Assembly: GCA_002269645.1 (NCBI GenBank) | Contig: NIVC01001613.1 | Coordinates: 56,788-120,787 of the forward strand | Source: Macrostomum lignano | Taxonomy: Eukaryota | Length of the DNA stretch: 64,000 bases | Reading direction: 5' to 3' | In this document: piece after piece, positions 51,201-63,729 of the stretch | Layout: the number at the start of each line of letters is the position of its first letter | How positions within the stretch are numbered: position 1 is the first letter of the stretch | Notes under the pieces: model-generated | The model's database searches: none | What the model saw: only the letters and a program-made list of their open reading frames with translations | What the model was told of the DNA's origin: nothing | Position numbers and translations under genes: made by a program

Positions 51201-54200
51201 AGAACCGGTGAGGGTTTAGATGCCTGGATTGAGAACCAGTGAGGATTTAGATGTCTACATTGAGAACGGGTGAGGGTTTAGATGTCTACATTGAGAACCG
51301 GTGAGGGTTTAGATATCTACATTGAGAACCGGTGAGGGTTTAGATGCCTGAATTGAGAACCGGTGAGGGTTTAGATGCCTGAACTGAGAACCGGTGAGGG
51401 TTTAGATGCCTGAATTGAGAACCGGTGAGGGTTTAGATGCCTGAATTGAGAACCGGTGAGGGTTTAGATGCCTGAACTGAGAACCGGTGAGGGTTTAGAT
51501 GCCTGAACTGAGAACCGGTGTGGGTTTAGATGCCTGAACTGAGAACCGGTGAGGGATTAGATGTCTACATTGAGAACCGGTGAGGGTTTAGATGTCTACA
51601 TTGAGAACCGGTGAGGGTTTAGATGACTACATTGAGAACCGGTGAGGGTTTAGATGTCTACATTGAGAACCGGTGAGGGTTTAGATGCCTGAATTGAGAA
51701 CCGGTGAGGGATTAGATGTCTACATTGAGAACCGGTGAGGGTTTAGATGCCTGAATTGAGAACCGGTGAGGGTTTAGATGCCTGAACTGAGAACCGGTGA
51801 GGGTTTAGATGCCTGAATTGAGAACCGGTGAGGGTTTAGATGCCTGAATTGAGAACCGGTGAGGGTTTAGATGCCTGAACTGAGAACCGGTGAGGGTTTA
51901 GATGCCTGAATTGAGAACCGGTGAGGGTTTAGATGCCTGAATTGAGAACCGGTGAGGGTTTAGATGCCTGAATTTAGAACTGGTGAGGGTTTAGATGCCT
52001 GAATTGAGAACCGGTGAGGGTTTAGATGCCTGAATTGAGAACCGGTGAGGGTTTAGATGCCTGAATTTAGAACTGGTGAGGGTTTAGATGCCTGAATTGA
52101 GAACCGGTGAGGGTTTAGATGCCTGAATTGAGAACCGGTGAGGGTTTAGATGCCTGAATTGAGAACCGGTGAGGGTTTAGATGCCTGAATTTAGAACTGG
52201 TGAGGGTTTAGATGCCTGAATTTAGAACTGGTGAGGGTTTAGATGCCTGAATTTAGAACCGGTGAGGGTTTAGATGCCTGAATTTAGAACCGGTGAGGGT
52301 TTAGATGCCTGAATTTAGAACCGGTGAGGGTTTAGATGTCGGCAATGAGAACTCACGACTGTAGTAGGCGCAGGACGGCACTCCGCTTGAGCCGCTAGGT
52401 TTAGTTACCAAGGCCACCCCGGGCACTCGAATGCTACAAGTAGACCTCACTTCGTTCCCATTGTACGGCTCGCAGTAATAAAATCCATTGCATTTTTCGC
52501 CATAGTCTTCAACGCATCGACGAGAGCAATAATCCAGGTTGAGGTCGGAGTGGGTGGCCGTGTAAGCTGACAGGTCCGGTTGAGACACCTTGAACTGCTG
52601 CTTGAAATCCGTGGTGAACGACCTCGAATAGTGAGTACAGTTCAGGTTGGGCTCTGATTTCACCGAATCGTCTGATTTGTGGCTGGCACTCAGGTAGCAG
52701 AATTTCTTCAGGCCTTCGCCGAAATCGCAGATGTCGAAACTGCGACACGGCTTTGAGGGACTCGAGCCGACACAGGCGGCTGCGCACTCCCGATCTGTGT
52801 CCACCAGCTGCAGGTCTTTGTGCACGTCGATCAGGCGGGAGAGGCCCGGCTCTTTGGTGAACAGACCGAGCTCCGTCTCTGGGAAGGGAGTTTGTGGTTG
52901 AGCAACTCTCTACCTGCGTACCTTTATTGGTGTCTTCGTGTCTTGATGTCTGAGTGTCTTGGTGTCTGAGTGTCTTGATGTCTGAGTGTCTTGATGTCTG
53001 AATGTCTTCGTGTCTTGATGTCTTGGTGTCTTGATGTCTGAGTGTCTTGATGTCTGAATGTCTTCGTGTCTTGATGTCTTCGTGTCTTGATGTCTGAGTG
53101 TCTTGATGTCTGAGTGTCTTGATGTCTGAGTGTCTTGATGTCTGAATGTCTTGGTGTCTTCGTGTCTTGATGTCTGAGTGTCTTGATGTTTTCGTGTCTT
53201 AGTGTCTTCGTGTCTTGATGTCTGAGTGTCTTGATCTCTGAGTGTCTTGATGTTTTCGTGTCTTAGTGTCTTCGTGTCTTGATGTCTGAGTGTCTTGATG
53301 TCTGAGTGTCTTGATGTCTGAGTGTCTTGATGTCTGAGTGTCTTGATGTCTGAATGTCTTGATTTCCGAGTGTCTTGATGTCCGAATGTCTTGATTTCCG
53401 AGTGTCTTGATGTCCGAATGTCTTGATTTCCGAGTGTCTTGATTTCCGAGTGTCTTGATTTCCGAGTGTCTTGATGTCTTCGTGTCTTGATGTCTGAGTG
53501 TCTTGATGTCTGAGTGTCTTGATGTCCGAGTGTCTTGATGTCCGAGTGTCTTGATTTCCGAGTGTCTTGATGTCTGAATGTCTTGATTTCCGAGTGTCTT
53601 GATGTCCGAATGTCTTGATTTCCGAGTGTCTTGATGTCCGAATGTCTTGATTTCCGAGTGTCTTGATGTCCGAATGTCTTGATTTCCGAGTGTCTTGATT
53701 TCCGAGTGTCTTGATTTCCGAGTGTCTTGATTTCCGAGTGTCTTGATGTCTTCGTGTCTTGATGTCTGAGTGTCTTGATGTCTGAGTGTCTTGATGTCTA
53801 AGTGTCTTGATGTTTGAATGTCTTGATTTCCGAGTGTCTTGATGTCCGAATGTCTTGATTTCCGAGTGTCTTGATGTCTGAGTGTCTTGATGTCTGAATG
53901 TCTTGATTTCCGAGTGTCTTGATGTCCGAATGTCTTGATATCTGAGTGTCTTGATGTCCGAATGTCTTGATATCTGAGTGTCTTGATGTCTGAGTGTCTT
54001 GGTGTCTCACGACTCAACTAACACTGGTAACTCACTATCGTACAGGTTGCACAGTCCTCTCTGCACAACCTTGTCAGGCTGCTCCCTCGGCGAGGCGTCA
54101 TTGAGCAGGCACTGGCCCAGGCTGTAGCAGTAGGTGAACGATTTGCACTCAAAATCTGCGTTGCCAAGGCAAGCTTCGGCGCAGTCGTCAACAGACAGGG

Positions 54201-57200
54201 CATCCAGCATGGCTCTGGTTGGCGGCATTCCCGCACTTTTGGTCACTTCGAACTGGAACAGGTGTCTGCCAGTCAGAGCCAGGTCTACGTTTGGTCGAAC
54301 TTCGAATTGTTCAATATCGAGAGCGGTGATGTTGACAATGTCGATGTTTCCCGTTTCCGGCGTGATTTTCTCCATTGGAACCCGGAATAGGCTGCTGTCA
54401 ACGTAGGTCACTAGAAGGTCGAATGCCGTCTCCAAAGATAGCTCAAGGGCGTCTGGGCGGATCACTGATACCGGGCCTGAAAATCACATTGGCGGTGATC
54501 TTCTTTGAAGTTTCTCTAATTAATTAATTTTTTTCTACCTTTGCTTACAAACTAATCAGTCGGAACCATTACATAAAAGACTCGCTGCTCTTATCAGCAC
54601 GTGACTCACCTATCATACAGGTATAATTGCTGTTCTATTATCAGCAGGTGACTGGGCTATATCATACAGGTATAATTGCTGTTCTATTATCAGCAGGTGA
54701 CTGGGCTATATCATACAGGTATAATTGCTGTTCTATTATCAGCAGGTGACTGGGCTATATCATACAGGTATAATTGCTGTTCTATTATCAGCAGGTGACT
54801 GGCCTATATCATACAGGTATAATTGCTGTTCTATTATCAGCAGGTGACTGGGCTATATCATACAGGTATAATTGCTGTTCTATTATCAGCAGGTAAAAAG
54901 GTGGAATGTTCTTCTCTTCGGTTATGCAAATATCCCTGGTCACTTTAAAATAGCAACAAAAAAACGAACAACAAAAGCAATAAATAGCGATAAGATTTCC
55001 GCTACTCAAACAGCTTCTACTCACGAATGAGCACGGAACACTGATGAGTCTTATCCGGGTTCTCCGTGTCCTTTTTGAAAGACGAGCTCAACAGGCAGTT
55101 CGAGCCGGATTTCGAGCCGGGGCAGAAGGCCACACTGTTGCAGGGCGGCATCAGAAGGCTGTTGCAGCGGCGAAGACAGTCCAGCTCGCTGGCTACATTG
55201 GCAGTCTGCTCGGCGCTTTCAATGTACCGGTTTGGTCCAGTGAGTCGGTTGAACTGGGCTGAAATGCCGTTTTTTTTAAATAAGTTATTAAATTATTTGA
55301 AATAATAATGAAACAGGTAAGAGACTAGCGCCCCTGGTGCTAAAGCCCCTGGTGCTAAAGCCCCTGTGCTAAAGCCTCTGGTGCTAAAGCCCCTGGTGCT
55401 AATGCCCCTGGTGCTAATGCCCCTGGTGCTAAAGCCCCTGGTGCCTTAGAGCTCCGTTTCCAATCCAGATCTCGATTTTGATAAGTCCATGAACCGAAAT
55501 CTTGAGCATTACTTAAAGAACCCTATTAAAAAATGATGAAAGGAGATCTCAGTATTTAAAGCCAAGCTAAATCGCACAATTATCAATTCACGAATGAATT
55601 TTTATCCAAAGAGCACAGCAGCTCGTACAGGTTCTTGCTGCGCAAATGCGCGAATATCAATGTTGGCCTTAAGTCTGTTTCAGATTATCCTCTGATAATC
55701 CCCCGACAGTAGAATCACCAGCTAAAATGTAATTAAGTATGCAATAGATGCAGCGGATTCCGTCCTCACCGTACGGATGTGGCCCATCTAGCAGGGTGAA
55801 GATTAAATAGATGAATACATCGTCATAGTCGAGTCTTACTCGCTGAAATCTGATCGGATTAACAAAACCCAGGTCAGCGTTGGCCAGTACTTTAGTGGCC
55901 CGGCGAATGAATAAATTTTGACTGCCCTTCACGTACTTGTCGTAGATACCGCCTGTGGTCATAGATAGAATTTGTGTCTATTTGTTACATCCATAGGCAA
56001 AAATAGTCATAGTCAGCAATCAGAAATCTGTGGGAGTCCTCTGAGCATTGAGTAATCTATAGAAGTCAGCTGATCACTCGATTGTTTATGGGATCGAGTC
56101 AGCTGATCACTCGATTGTCTATGGAAGTCAGCTGATCACTCGATTGTCTATGGAAGTCAGCTGATCACTCGATTGTCTATGGGAGTCAGCTGATCACTCG
56201 GTTGTCTATGGGAGTCAGCTGATCACTCGATTGTCTATGGAAGTCAGCTGATCACTCGATTGTCTATGGGAGTCAGCTGATCACTCGGTTGTCTATGGGA
56301 GTCAGCTGATCAATCAGTTGTCTATGGGAGTCAGCTGATCAATCAGTTGTCTATGGGAGTCAGCTGATCACTCGGTTGTCTATGGGAGTCAGCTGATCAA
56401 TCAGTTGTCTATGGGAGTCAGCTGATCAATCAGTTGTCTATGGGAGTCAGCTGATCAATCAGTTGTCTATGGAAGTCAGCTGATCACTCGGTTGTCTATG
56501 GAAGTCAGCTGATCACTCGATTGTCTATAGAAGTCAGCTGATCACTCGATTGTCTATGGAAGTCAGCTGATCACTCGATTGTCTATAGAAGTCAGCTGAT
56601 CACTCGATTGTCTATGGAAGTCAGCTGATCACTCGATTGTCTATGGAAGTCAGCTGATCACTCGATTGTCTATGGAAGTCAGCTGATCACTCGATTGTCT
56701 ATGGAAGTCAGCTGATCACTCGATTGTCTATGGGAGTCAGCTGATCACTCGGTTGTCTATGGGAGTCAGCTGATCAATCAGTTGTCTATGGGAGTCAGCT
56801 GATCATTCGCTTGTCTATGGGAGTCAGCTAATTAATCAGTTGTCGGTGGGAGTCAGCTGATCAATCAGTTGTCTATGGGAGTCAGCTGATCATTCGGTTG
56901 TCTATGGGAGTCAGCTAATTAATCAGTTGTCGATGGGAGTCAGCTGATCAATCAGTTGTCTATGGGAGTCAGCTGATCACTCGGTTGTCTATGGGAGTCA
57001 GCTGATCAATCAGTTGTCTATGGGAGTCAGCTGATCAATCAGTTGTCTATGGGAGTCAGCTGATCAATCAGTTGTCTATGGGAGTCAGCTGATCACTCGG
57101 TTGTCTATGGGAGTCAGCTGATCACTCGGTTGTCTATGGGAGTCAGCTGATCAATCAGTTGTCTATGGAAGTCAGCTGATCACTCGGTTGTCTATGGGAG

Positions 57201-60200
57201 TCAGCTGATCACTCGATTGTCTATGGAAGTCAGCTGATCACTCGGTTGTCTATGGGAGTCAGCTGATCAATCAGTTGTCTATGGGAGTCAGCTGATCAAT
57301 CAGTTGTCTATGGGAGTCAGCTGATCAATCAGTTGTCTATGGGAGTCAGCTGATCAATCAGTTGTAGGTTGTCCCCTTACCATTCAAGAATCGAATAAGA
57401 ATATTCTTTCTCTCAGCCTTGGCGTAGCACTGGGTAACGTCCAAGTCGTAGGGTTGAAGCTGATCAAAATCTTTCTCAGCGTCGGGTTCAACTTGGGTGT
57501 CGAAATTGTAGAAATTGTAAACCTCCTGGTAGTTAAAAGTCGGATCATCAATCTGAAATGTTGCGTTGTTATATTTTTTTACCCCTGTTTAAGAGGTGTT
57601 TAGCTGCAGAATCATGCAGCTCCCATGTCAAGATGCCTTGCCTGTTGTTCTAAATCTATTTATTGATTTCGGTGCAACCTTCTTGCTCAACATAAACAAA
57701 AGTACAAAAACCCTCAAACTCACTTGGCCCAGCGATTTGTAGTTGGTAATCCTCAACTGTACAGGGATATTCTTCCCTTGGTTGATTTTGTTCTTTCCCA
57801 GAACGACTTCAGACACGCGAGGCTGCAAAAAACAAGAGAAAGACGAAACGATTTCAATATGAGTTTGACTAATGACCAGGATATGACCAGATGGGTCTGG
57901 CACTCTACCTACGAAGGCCAACTATATCCCAAAGCAAAAAGTATAATTGTAAACTGTCACAGCGTTGGCAAAGTCAGGGCCTGTGGCCCATCCCAGACTC
58001 ACATCAAGCATCTCGTATTCAAAAGTGAAGTTCATGCCCGGCCGACCTTTGATTTCATAGTCCTTTCGCAGCGATATGTATCGGTGAATTGGAATGCCGC
58101 GAACAACGCGCTAGAAATGTTGAAAGGAATTGTTTTTGTAATATTTTTGCACTTTAAGCGACATTGTCACACAACCGGCGACAGGCATTACTGCCCATTC
58201 CGCCGACTCCCTGAGCAGGCACACAAGAGCGCGGATACGTACGCAGTCGTACGCACAGGCACACACTCACACAGGAGTGTACAGCGGCCCTAACTTTATC
58301 GATCGTTAGGCATGTACACTTCACTGTGCCTTGGGGTTGGCCCTCAAGCTGGGCGCTAATTGCACGCTTTGACTCCTCGTCAGTAAAATTGTTTGCAATC
58401 GCAATTTTACTGATAAAAGTTAATTACTGTAAACTGTAAGACCTTTACCTTGCCAGTAAACTGATAGGTCTCATCGATCCTGAACAAATCCTTGGGACTT
58501 CTCAGCTCGATAATGTCCCAGCCAGGCCGGTCCTTGATCGGTGGATCTTCAGTGTCGAAGAAGTCGTTAGAGATCGGCTTGTCGGTGCAGTTGCCGATCA
58601 GGTCGTCGATAAAATAGGAGATACCTGTTTAAATGATTTTTGAGATGGCAGTTTAGCTTGCTTGCATTGTAACTTTTGGCACCTTTATGACTGCGCCCAT
58701 ATCGCCGATCCCCTCACTCTCAAGGTGTAGAACGGTCGTGGGGTCCTCATTGTCAACCCAATTTTTCACGATGAGGTTTAACTAAGTTAGTCTTAATTAA
58801 ATTGAAAAGACTCTGTATACTCGTAGTAATGGCAACTTTCGTGTGGATCGCACATCAATAGTGTTTCAGGGCGCAATCCCTCCTCATGAGATACTTCTTT
58901 TTTAATTTATTTTTTTCAAATTTGTGCTCAAAGCGTGCATGATTTAATAGCCTGTTTGTTAGTCTGCTTCAATCAAAGCATTGCTAATTGCTTTTGTATC
59001 TGGAAACCGAAATAATAAACGAAACATTCGATTCTAAACCAATATGCTTAGTTTGCTTAATTCATAAATGGAAAATTTATGATCTTATTTATTTCTATCT
59101 TTTTCATAAATGGAAAATGGAAAATGGAAAATTTCGTTTGTAAATGGTATACTTACCAGTAGTGAAATCCTGAATAACAGTCATTGAGCCAGGATTATAG
59201 AATGGCGGTTTGGTATCTCCATTGGGGTCTCTGAACTGGTACTTGACTAAGAATTGCGACCCATCGTAGTACACGTTGCCGTACTGCACCATCTCCAGGG
59301 CGGGATCGTGCACCAGCATCTCCTGGGTGTAGCTCATCACAGCTGGCAGCTCTGGCGGCTTCTGCACCTGCATCCGATCTTCGCAGTACACTCCGGTTGG
59401 GGTCTACAGATTGAGTTGCGGAGTTATTGATTGGAAAATTCAAATGACGTTATGAACTTTGAAATTGTAGAAGTTTCCCTGTAGACCGATTGAAAAAAAA
59501 CATTACATTTTTTCAACCTTTAAATTGACAGGTTGAGATAATAAGCTAGAGATTTATATTCATGATAGCAACAATAATAATACTTGTAGGAGGGCTATGA
59601 GGCCATCCTAGCTCAACGCATGCCAAATTAACATCGGAACGGAGCCACGAGGTTAAATCAATAACTTAATTGAAACAGTCGATTGGAAACGCCGAGACAT
59701 CCTGTCCGGGTCCCTTTCTTTTGCTCCCTTTCCTCGTATCCAGGGGGCAAGGGGGCCTCGCCCCCTCCCCTCCCAATGGGCTGGCAAAGACATGATGCCC
59801 TAAATGACACGTCAAACGGTCCTCGAGCACTGTCGTCCCACGTCAAGAGCACAGTAAGCAGCATTGGCCAAAAACTGATTAGTACAGTACTAGCTAGACC
59901 TACAGCAGTAAAACAAATCTCTGAACACCAAAACTCACGTCAAAGATGGTATTTTCAGCCATCAGTACGTCGCGAAACGACACAAAGTCGTAAATCATGT
60001 GAAACTTTCTCGGATTGCTAACGTCACCGGCCTCGCCAATGACTTCCGCACGAACTGGCAGGTTTACATCGTACGGCGTGTTCCAGCTGCTGGCTGCAAC
60101 AGTCACGTAAGAGTCACAGTAAAAACTTGGTTTACACAATACTTCGTAATAAGTTTAATAATTGTAGGAGAACTGCAAACAACCCTGGCGCAACGCCTTC

Positions 60201-61850
60201 GGTGAAATCGTTCCACGAGAAACGTTGACGGCGATTCTGGCCATTCCGCTCACTCCTAAGCACACAAGCGTGTCAATACTGTACACAGGCACGCAGTCAT
60301 GCACACGCTCATACAGGGTGTACATCGGCCCTCTGACTTTCTAATCAGTCAGGCATGTACACTTTCTGGGCCTTCTGAGCAGTCATGACTGTGAATCGCA
60401 CGACAACGCACGTCTTCGTACGGAATCGAACCTGGGGTCGTGACGCGAGACTCATACGCGTTTGCCGCTGAACTGCTCCGCCCCACTAGACTTACATACG
60501 TGTAGTGACCTTATGTAACATTTAAGTAATACCTGAAGGTCTTCAAATTCTACCGAAGTTTTGGACTAAAATTTTGCTGAAATCTACTGGAAAGTTAAAT
60601 CTGATAAACCTTTACATTTATTGTATCGTGTTTAACTGCACTATAAAGTACTTAAAAGGGTCACAGAAATGTTTTAAGCATCTTTTCGGGCCCTAACTTA
60701 CCAGAAAAGTACCAGTGCACTTCAAAAACCGCCTTTCGTTCCTTCCAAGTCTGACAACTGTACCAATAGTCCACCGTGATGCCGCGAACTATCGATTTGT
60801 TGCGGTACTCCTGTCAAATATTAGACCGACCCCAAGGTTACTTGTTGAAATATTTTAAATGTACAATTAAACTCCTTCTAAGGAAACGGGTATCTATACT
60901 TACCATTCCAAATTCTTTGCTAAATCTAAGCATTAGTGCCGACGATGGCAGCAGTCTACCATCTACGCCGAACAGTAGATCCAAATCAGTCTTGCCAGTC
61001 ATGTTGATCACGAGGCAGACCAGGTCATCTGCGGTTGCACGAAACACATGCTGATAATTGTATTACCATAATTTAAAGTTCCAGCATGATAGCAGAACTC
61101 ACTGAATATAACGTAGATCTCTCTGGTGGCATTGTTATAAATATAGTCGTCAATCTCTCCATCTTTTTGGTAGCGTCGGATCCTCACGTTTCCTAGGTAA
61201 CCGTCAAACCATTCCTGAAATTCGTAAGTCTGATTCTTAGTGAGGATGTTCATCTCTATCCTAGTCTGGTAGGATGGTGGAATGTAGGGCAGGCCGACGC
61301 CCTCTGAAAAAGAAAGAATGAAAATAAAATGAGAAAATTAGGATTGCTTCAGGATAATTACGAGCGTATATTCGTTAAAATATACGAGTATGTATGCTTT
61401 CAAGATTAAGCTCTCCACGAGTCTTAGTAGTCTTCAATGCGTGGCAGTTGAACCGTCAAGACAAAGATATCAGAACCTTGTAAAGCAGACGTTGTACCGA
61501 TGGAACATCAAGACAAAGCTACCAGAACCTTGCATAACAGACGTTGTACCGATGGAACATCAAGACAAAGCTACCAGAACCTTGCATAACAGACGTTGTA
61601 CCGATGGAACATCAAGACAAAGCTACCAGAACCTTGCATAACAGACGTTGTACCGATGAATAATCTAGTAAAAGCTATTAGAATCTCGAAAGAACCTCGT
61701 GTAGCTGAGGAACTCCCTATAAAACATGGTGCAAGCCTCACCTGTTGTATTAACTTTCTGGCAGAATTCGCCATTGGCGAAGCCGCAGAATTGACACGAG
61801 ATTACTGCCAGAGCCAACAGAATCCACGCTACAAGCTGTCGGATGGCCAT
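48260..61850 (-). CDS. Large type I membrane protein: signal peptide, two putative LolA/ependymin-like repeats, SEA-like module, four PAN/apple domains, TM; 15 exons, 1031 aa
   Basis: Exons 61850-61742, 61303-61103, 61028-60904, 60810-60702, 60093-59939, 59403-59157, 58624-58449, 58110-58003, 57822-57724, 57552-57381, 55952-55770, 55258-55025, 54476-54036, 52878-52357 and 48474-48260. All are GT-AG and phase-consistent; 3096 nt with no internal stop. Internal repeat motifs: IVRGITVDYW/VVRGIPIHRY, LPVRAEV/IPVQLRI, and IYDFVSF..IFDTPTGVYC/VYNFYNF..LDVTQCY. PAN pattern C-3x-C...C.SF.YC...C.L...C..Y occurs four times. TM VATVLAVLGILLVSILVGMGFIGIYLY. The LolA/ependymin and SEA fold names are inference. 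Confidence 0.85.
48485..48665. repeat. ~21-bp degenerate repeat (ACCGGTGAGGAACCGGTAAAG)
   Basis: Adjacent to the acceptor of the last exon. Confidence 0.8.
49040..49640. repeat. 28-bp minisatellite (GTACACCAGGCACACGCTCACACAGGGT)
   Basis: About 21 copies. The unit matches an internal segment of SINE family 2. Confidence 0.97.
50205..52340. repeat. 31-bp minisatellite (GAACCGGTGAGGGTTTAGATGTCTACATTGA / ...GCCTGAATTGA)
   Basis: About 2.1 kb with two unit variants. Ends about 15 nt from the donor at 52356. Confidence 0.97.
52930..54005. repeat. Short-unit (TGTCTTGATGTCTGAG-type) minisatellite
   Basis: Fills intron 52879-54035. Source of the RHSDIKTL pseudo-ORF. Confidence 0.95.
54610..54895. 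repeat. 49-bp minisatellite
   Basis: ATCATACAGGTATAATTGCTGTTCTATTATCAGCAGGTGACTGGGCTAT, about 6 copies. Confidence 0.95.
55328..55445. repeat. 15-bp repeat (CCCCTGGTGCTAAAG)
   Basis: About 8 copies. Confidence 0.9.
56062..57365. repeat. 29-bp minisatellite (GTCAGCTGATCACTCGATTGTCTATGGGA)
   Basis: About 45 copies filling most of intron 55953-57380. Confidence 0.97.
58185..58345 (-). mobile_element. Partial SINE family 2 copy
   Basis: Matches the internal part of 60230-60375 (CCATTCCGC..ACTCC, CAGGCACAC..CACAGG.GTGTACA, AGGCATGTACACT). No recognisable head. Confidence 0.6.
60165..60478 (-). mobile_element. tRNA-derived SINE family 2 copy
   Basis: On the minus strand: GTTCAGCGGCAAA and GGTTCGATTCC boxes. 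Shares its 3' block with 45700-45745. Confidence 0.7.
61455..61655. repeat. 52-bp tandem repeat (~3.5 copies)
   Basis: Period of 52 seen at 61501/61553. First coding intron of the PAN gene. Confidence 0.9.
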
Positions 61851-62847
61851 CTGTAGAGAAATTATTGAATAAACTGTCAGATTTCGATTTCGAGAGCAAC
61901 TAACGAGCACTTTTTTCTCTTGTCTGTCCCTGGTGCCACCAGCTCCTACAGAACGCAGGTGAGTTAAGCTAAACCAGATTTTATCAGTCCAGCTCAAGCA
62001 GCGTATGGACTCATAAGTTTGTTATCAGCTGCCATCTAGCAAGAGCTGGGCACATACCTGCAGCTATGCTTAAAAGCTTCAGAGCAAATAACTTAAAATT
62101 GTTTAAACTTTCTCCTGTGCATTAACTAGGTGGATTCTAATGTCTTATCGTGAAGGTCAAAAGCTCAATTTATCATGACTGTTGCGTGCCCAAAGTGCTA
62201 TTACCTTATTACCAAGGTCATTGGCAGGAATGCTCTGTCTCTACATTTAATTGCTAACCCGCATCTGTGGTACAGCTAGAAAAGGTTAACAAGGGTCACT
62301 CTGTTCGCACGAGCGGCACCAAGACCAAGCAGATACCACTTTTTAGTCCTAATTGTCGCTAAACTCATGCTAATTCATGCCAAATTTTATCATTTAAAGG
62401 TATTTTTAGCCTACGAAAATTTATAGAGTGCAGGAAAACATCAGTTAAACTTCAGTAACATTTGTATATTAAGCTTAAAGTATATTAAGTTGTAAGCCGC
62501 GGACAGGTTTACGACTATGAGGCTAGCCTATAGCATACTCAAGCGAGCGGTTTAAGCGTTCATAAACTTCCGCTTTATGGAATAATGGATACGATAGAGT
62601 GGGCTACTTGCACCTGGGGGCCCCAAAGTCTCTAAGAACCTCGCAGAATGCAGTGGAATTTTAACAAGTCAATCAATTCACCCTCTTCCTGCTGCTCAAA
62701 GGATTGAAAGCTCAGAGATCCATGTGCATGCAATCCATTCGCTTTTTACTCTTGAAAAAAATCAGTCATAGCTGTATTACTGTCAGTAGCATTAACATAT
62801 TTTCATAGAATGAAATAAAGATGGAACAAACAAACTAACAGAAATAA

Positions 62848-62873
62848 AGACAGACAGACAGACATACAGACAT

Positions 62874-62963
<90 letters not shown>
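62848..62963. repeat. (CAGA)n microsatellite
   Basis: Near-perfect run. Confidence 0.97.
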
Positions 62964-62964
<1 letters not shown>

Positions 62965-63729
62965 GCAGAAACTCAGAGACATCTCCAGTATATACTTGAA
63001 TATGTTTCACGGAACATATGAATACAGTATGCCTGGTTTCCATCTCTCCCCTCTTCTCTACCCCCTCTCCCTCTCCCAATCCGATCCAGCAGCCTCCTAT
63101 AGCTGCTGGCCTTGCAAATACGCAGCTATTGATTGTATTGACAATCAACACGAGGACTGCCGCGGATTGAAGGCCGTGTGCAGGACGTGATGCAAGGCAG
63201 ACTCATTGTTCCTCGCTGAAGTGGGAGAAGGAGAGAGACTTGGGCGACGGCGAGGATGGCATACTGCTCGCAAAATATGGGCAAAAGAGAAAAGAGCTGG
63301 AAAGAGAAAAACAGGGTAGAGAACCAGGTAGGCTCAGTCTCCAGCTCTGCCATCCCTTCAAAGCCGACCCTCGCCACTCAACAACAGAGCAGCAGTGGAT
63401 GGTTGGCATAGCGATAGGGCGGAGGAAGGGGGGGCAAAAAAGCAGGGATGGAGGGGAAGGAAGCGCGCATAATATTGTTGATTTCCTCTCTGTCTAGCGT
63501 GGGCAGCGAGAAGCAGTTGCCACGGACGCGAGTGTAGAGTCTTCTTTCTCACTGGCAGATTGCAACTATCATTCTCAATACTTGTATATCGCATCGTCAG
63601 TTTTGATAGCAGCGGATTTTTTTGTTTGCAGCAATAAGGATGAGCGCTGCACTGGTTGCTCATTCAGCAACGACTCAGTCAGGACAGCGAGAGCGCATCG
63701 ACGTCGCCTAGTTGACAGCGGCTTCCTGG

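Noticed and set aside
55044-55305. Plus-strand ORFs at 55044-55305, 54134-54406, 57724-58293 and 8287-8706
   Set aside because: They are antisense shadows of genuine minus-strand exons.
55600-55740. Possible extra exon after GPHPYG
   Set aside because: The frame from the best acceptor hits a stop, and the model is continuous without it.
58690-58790. Coding-looking minus-strand segment (LNLIVKNWVDNEDPTT...) in a PAN-gene intron
   Set aside because: It is phase 0-0 between phase-1 boundaries, and the neighbouring exons join seamlessly (QDFTT-G-ISYFID) without it.
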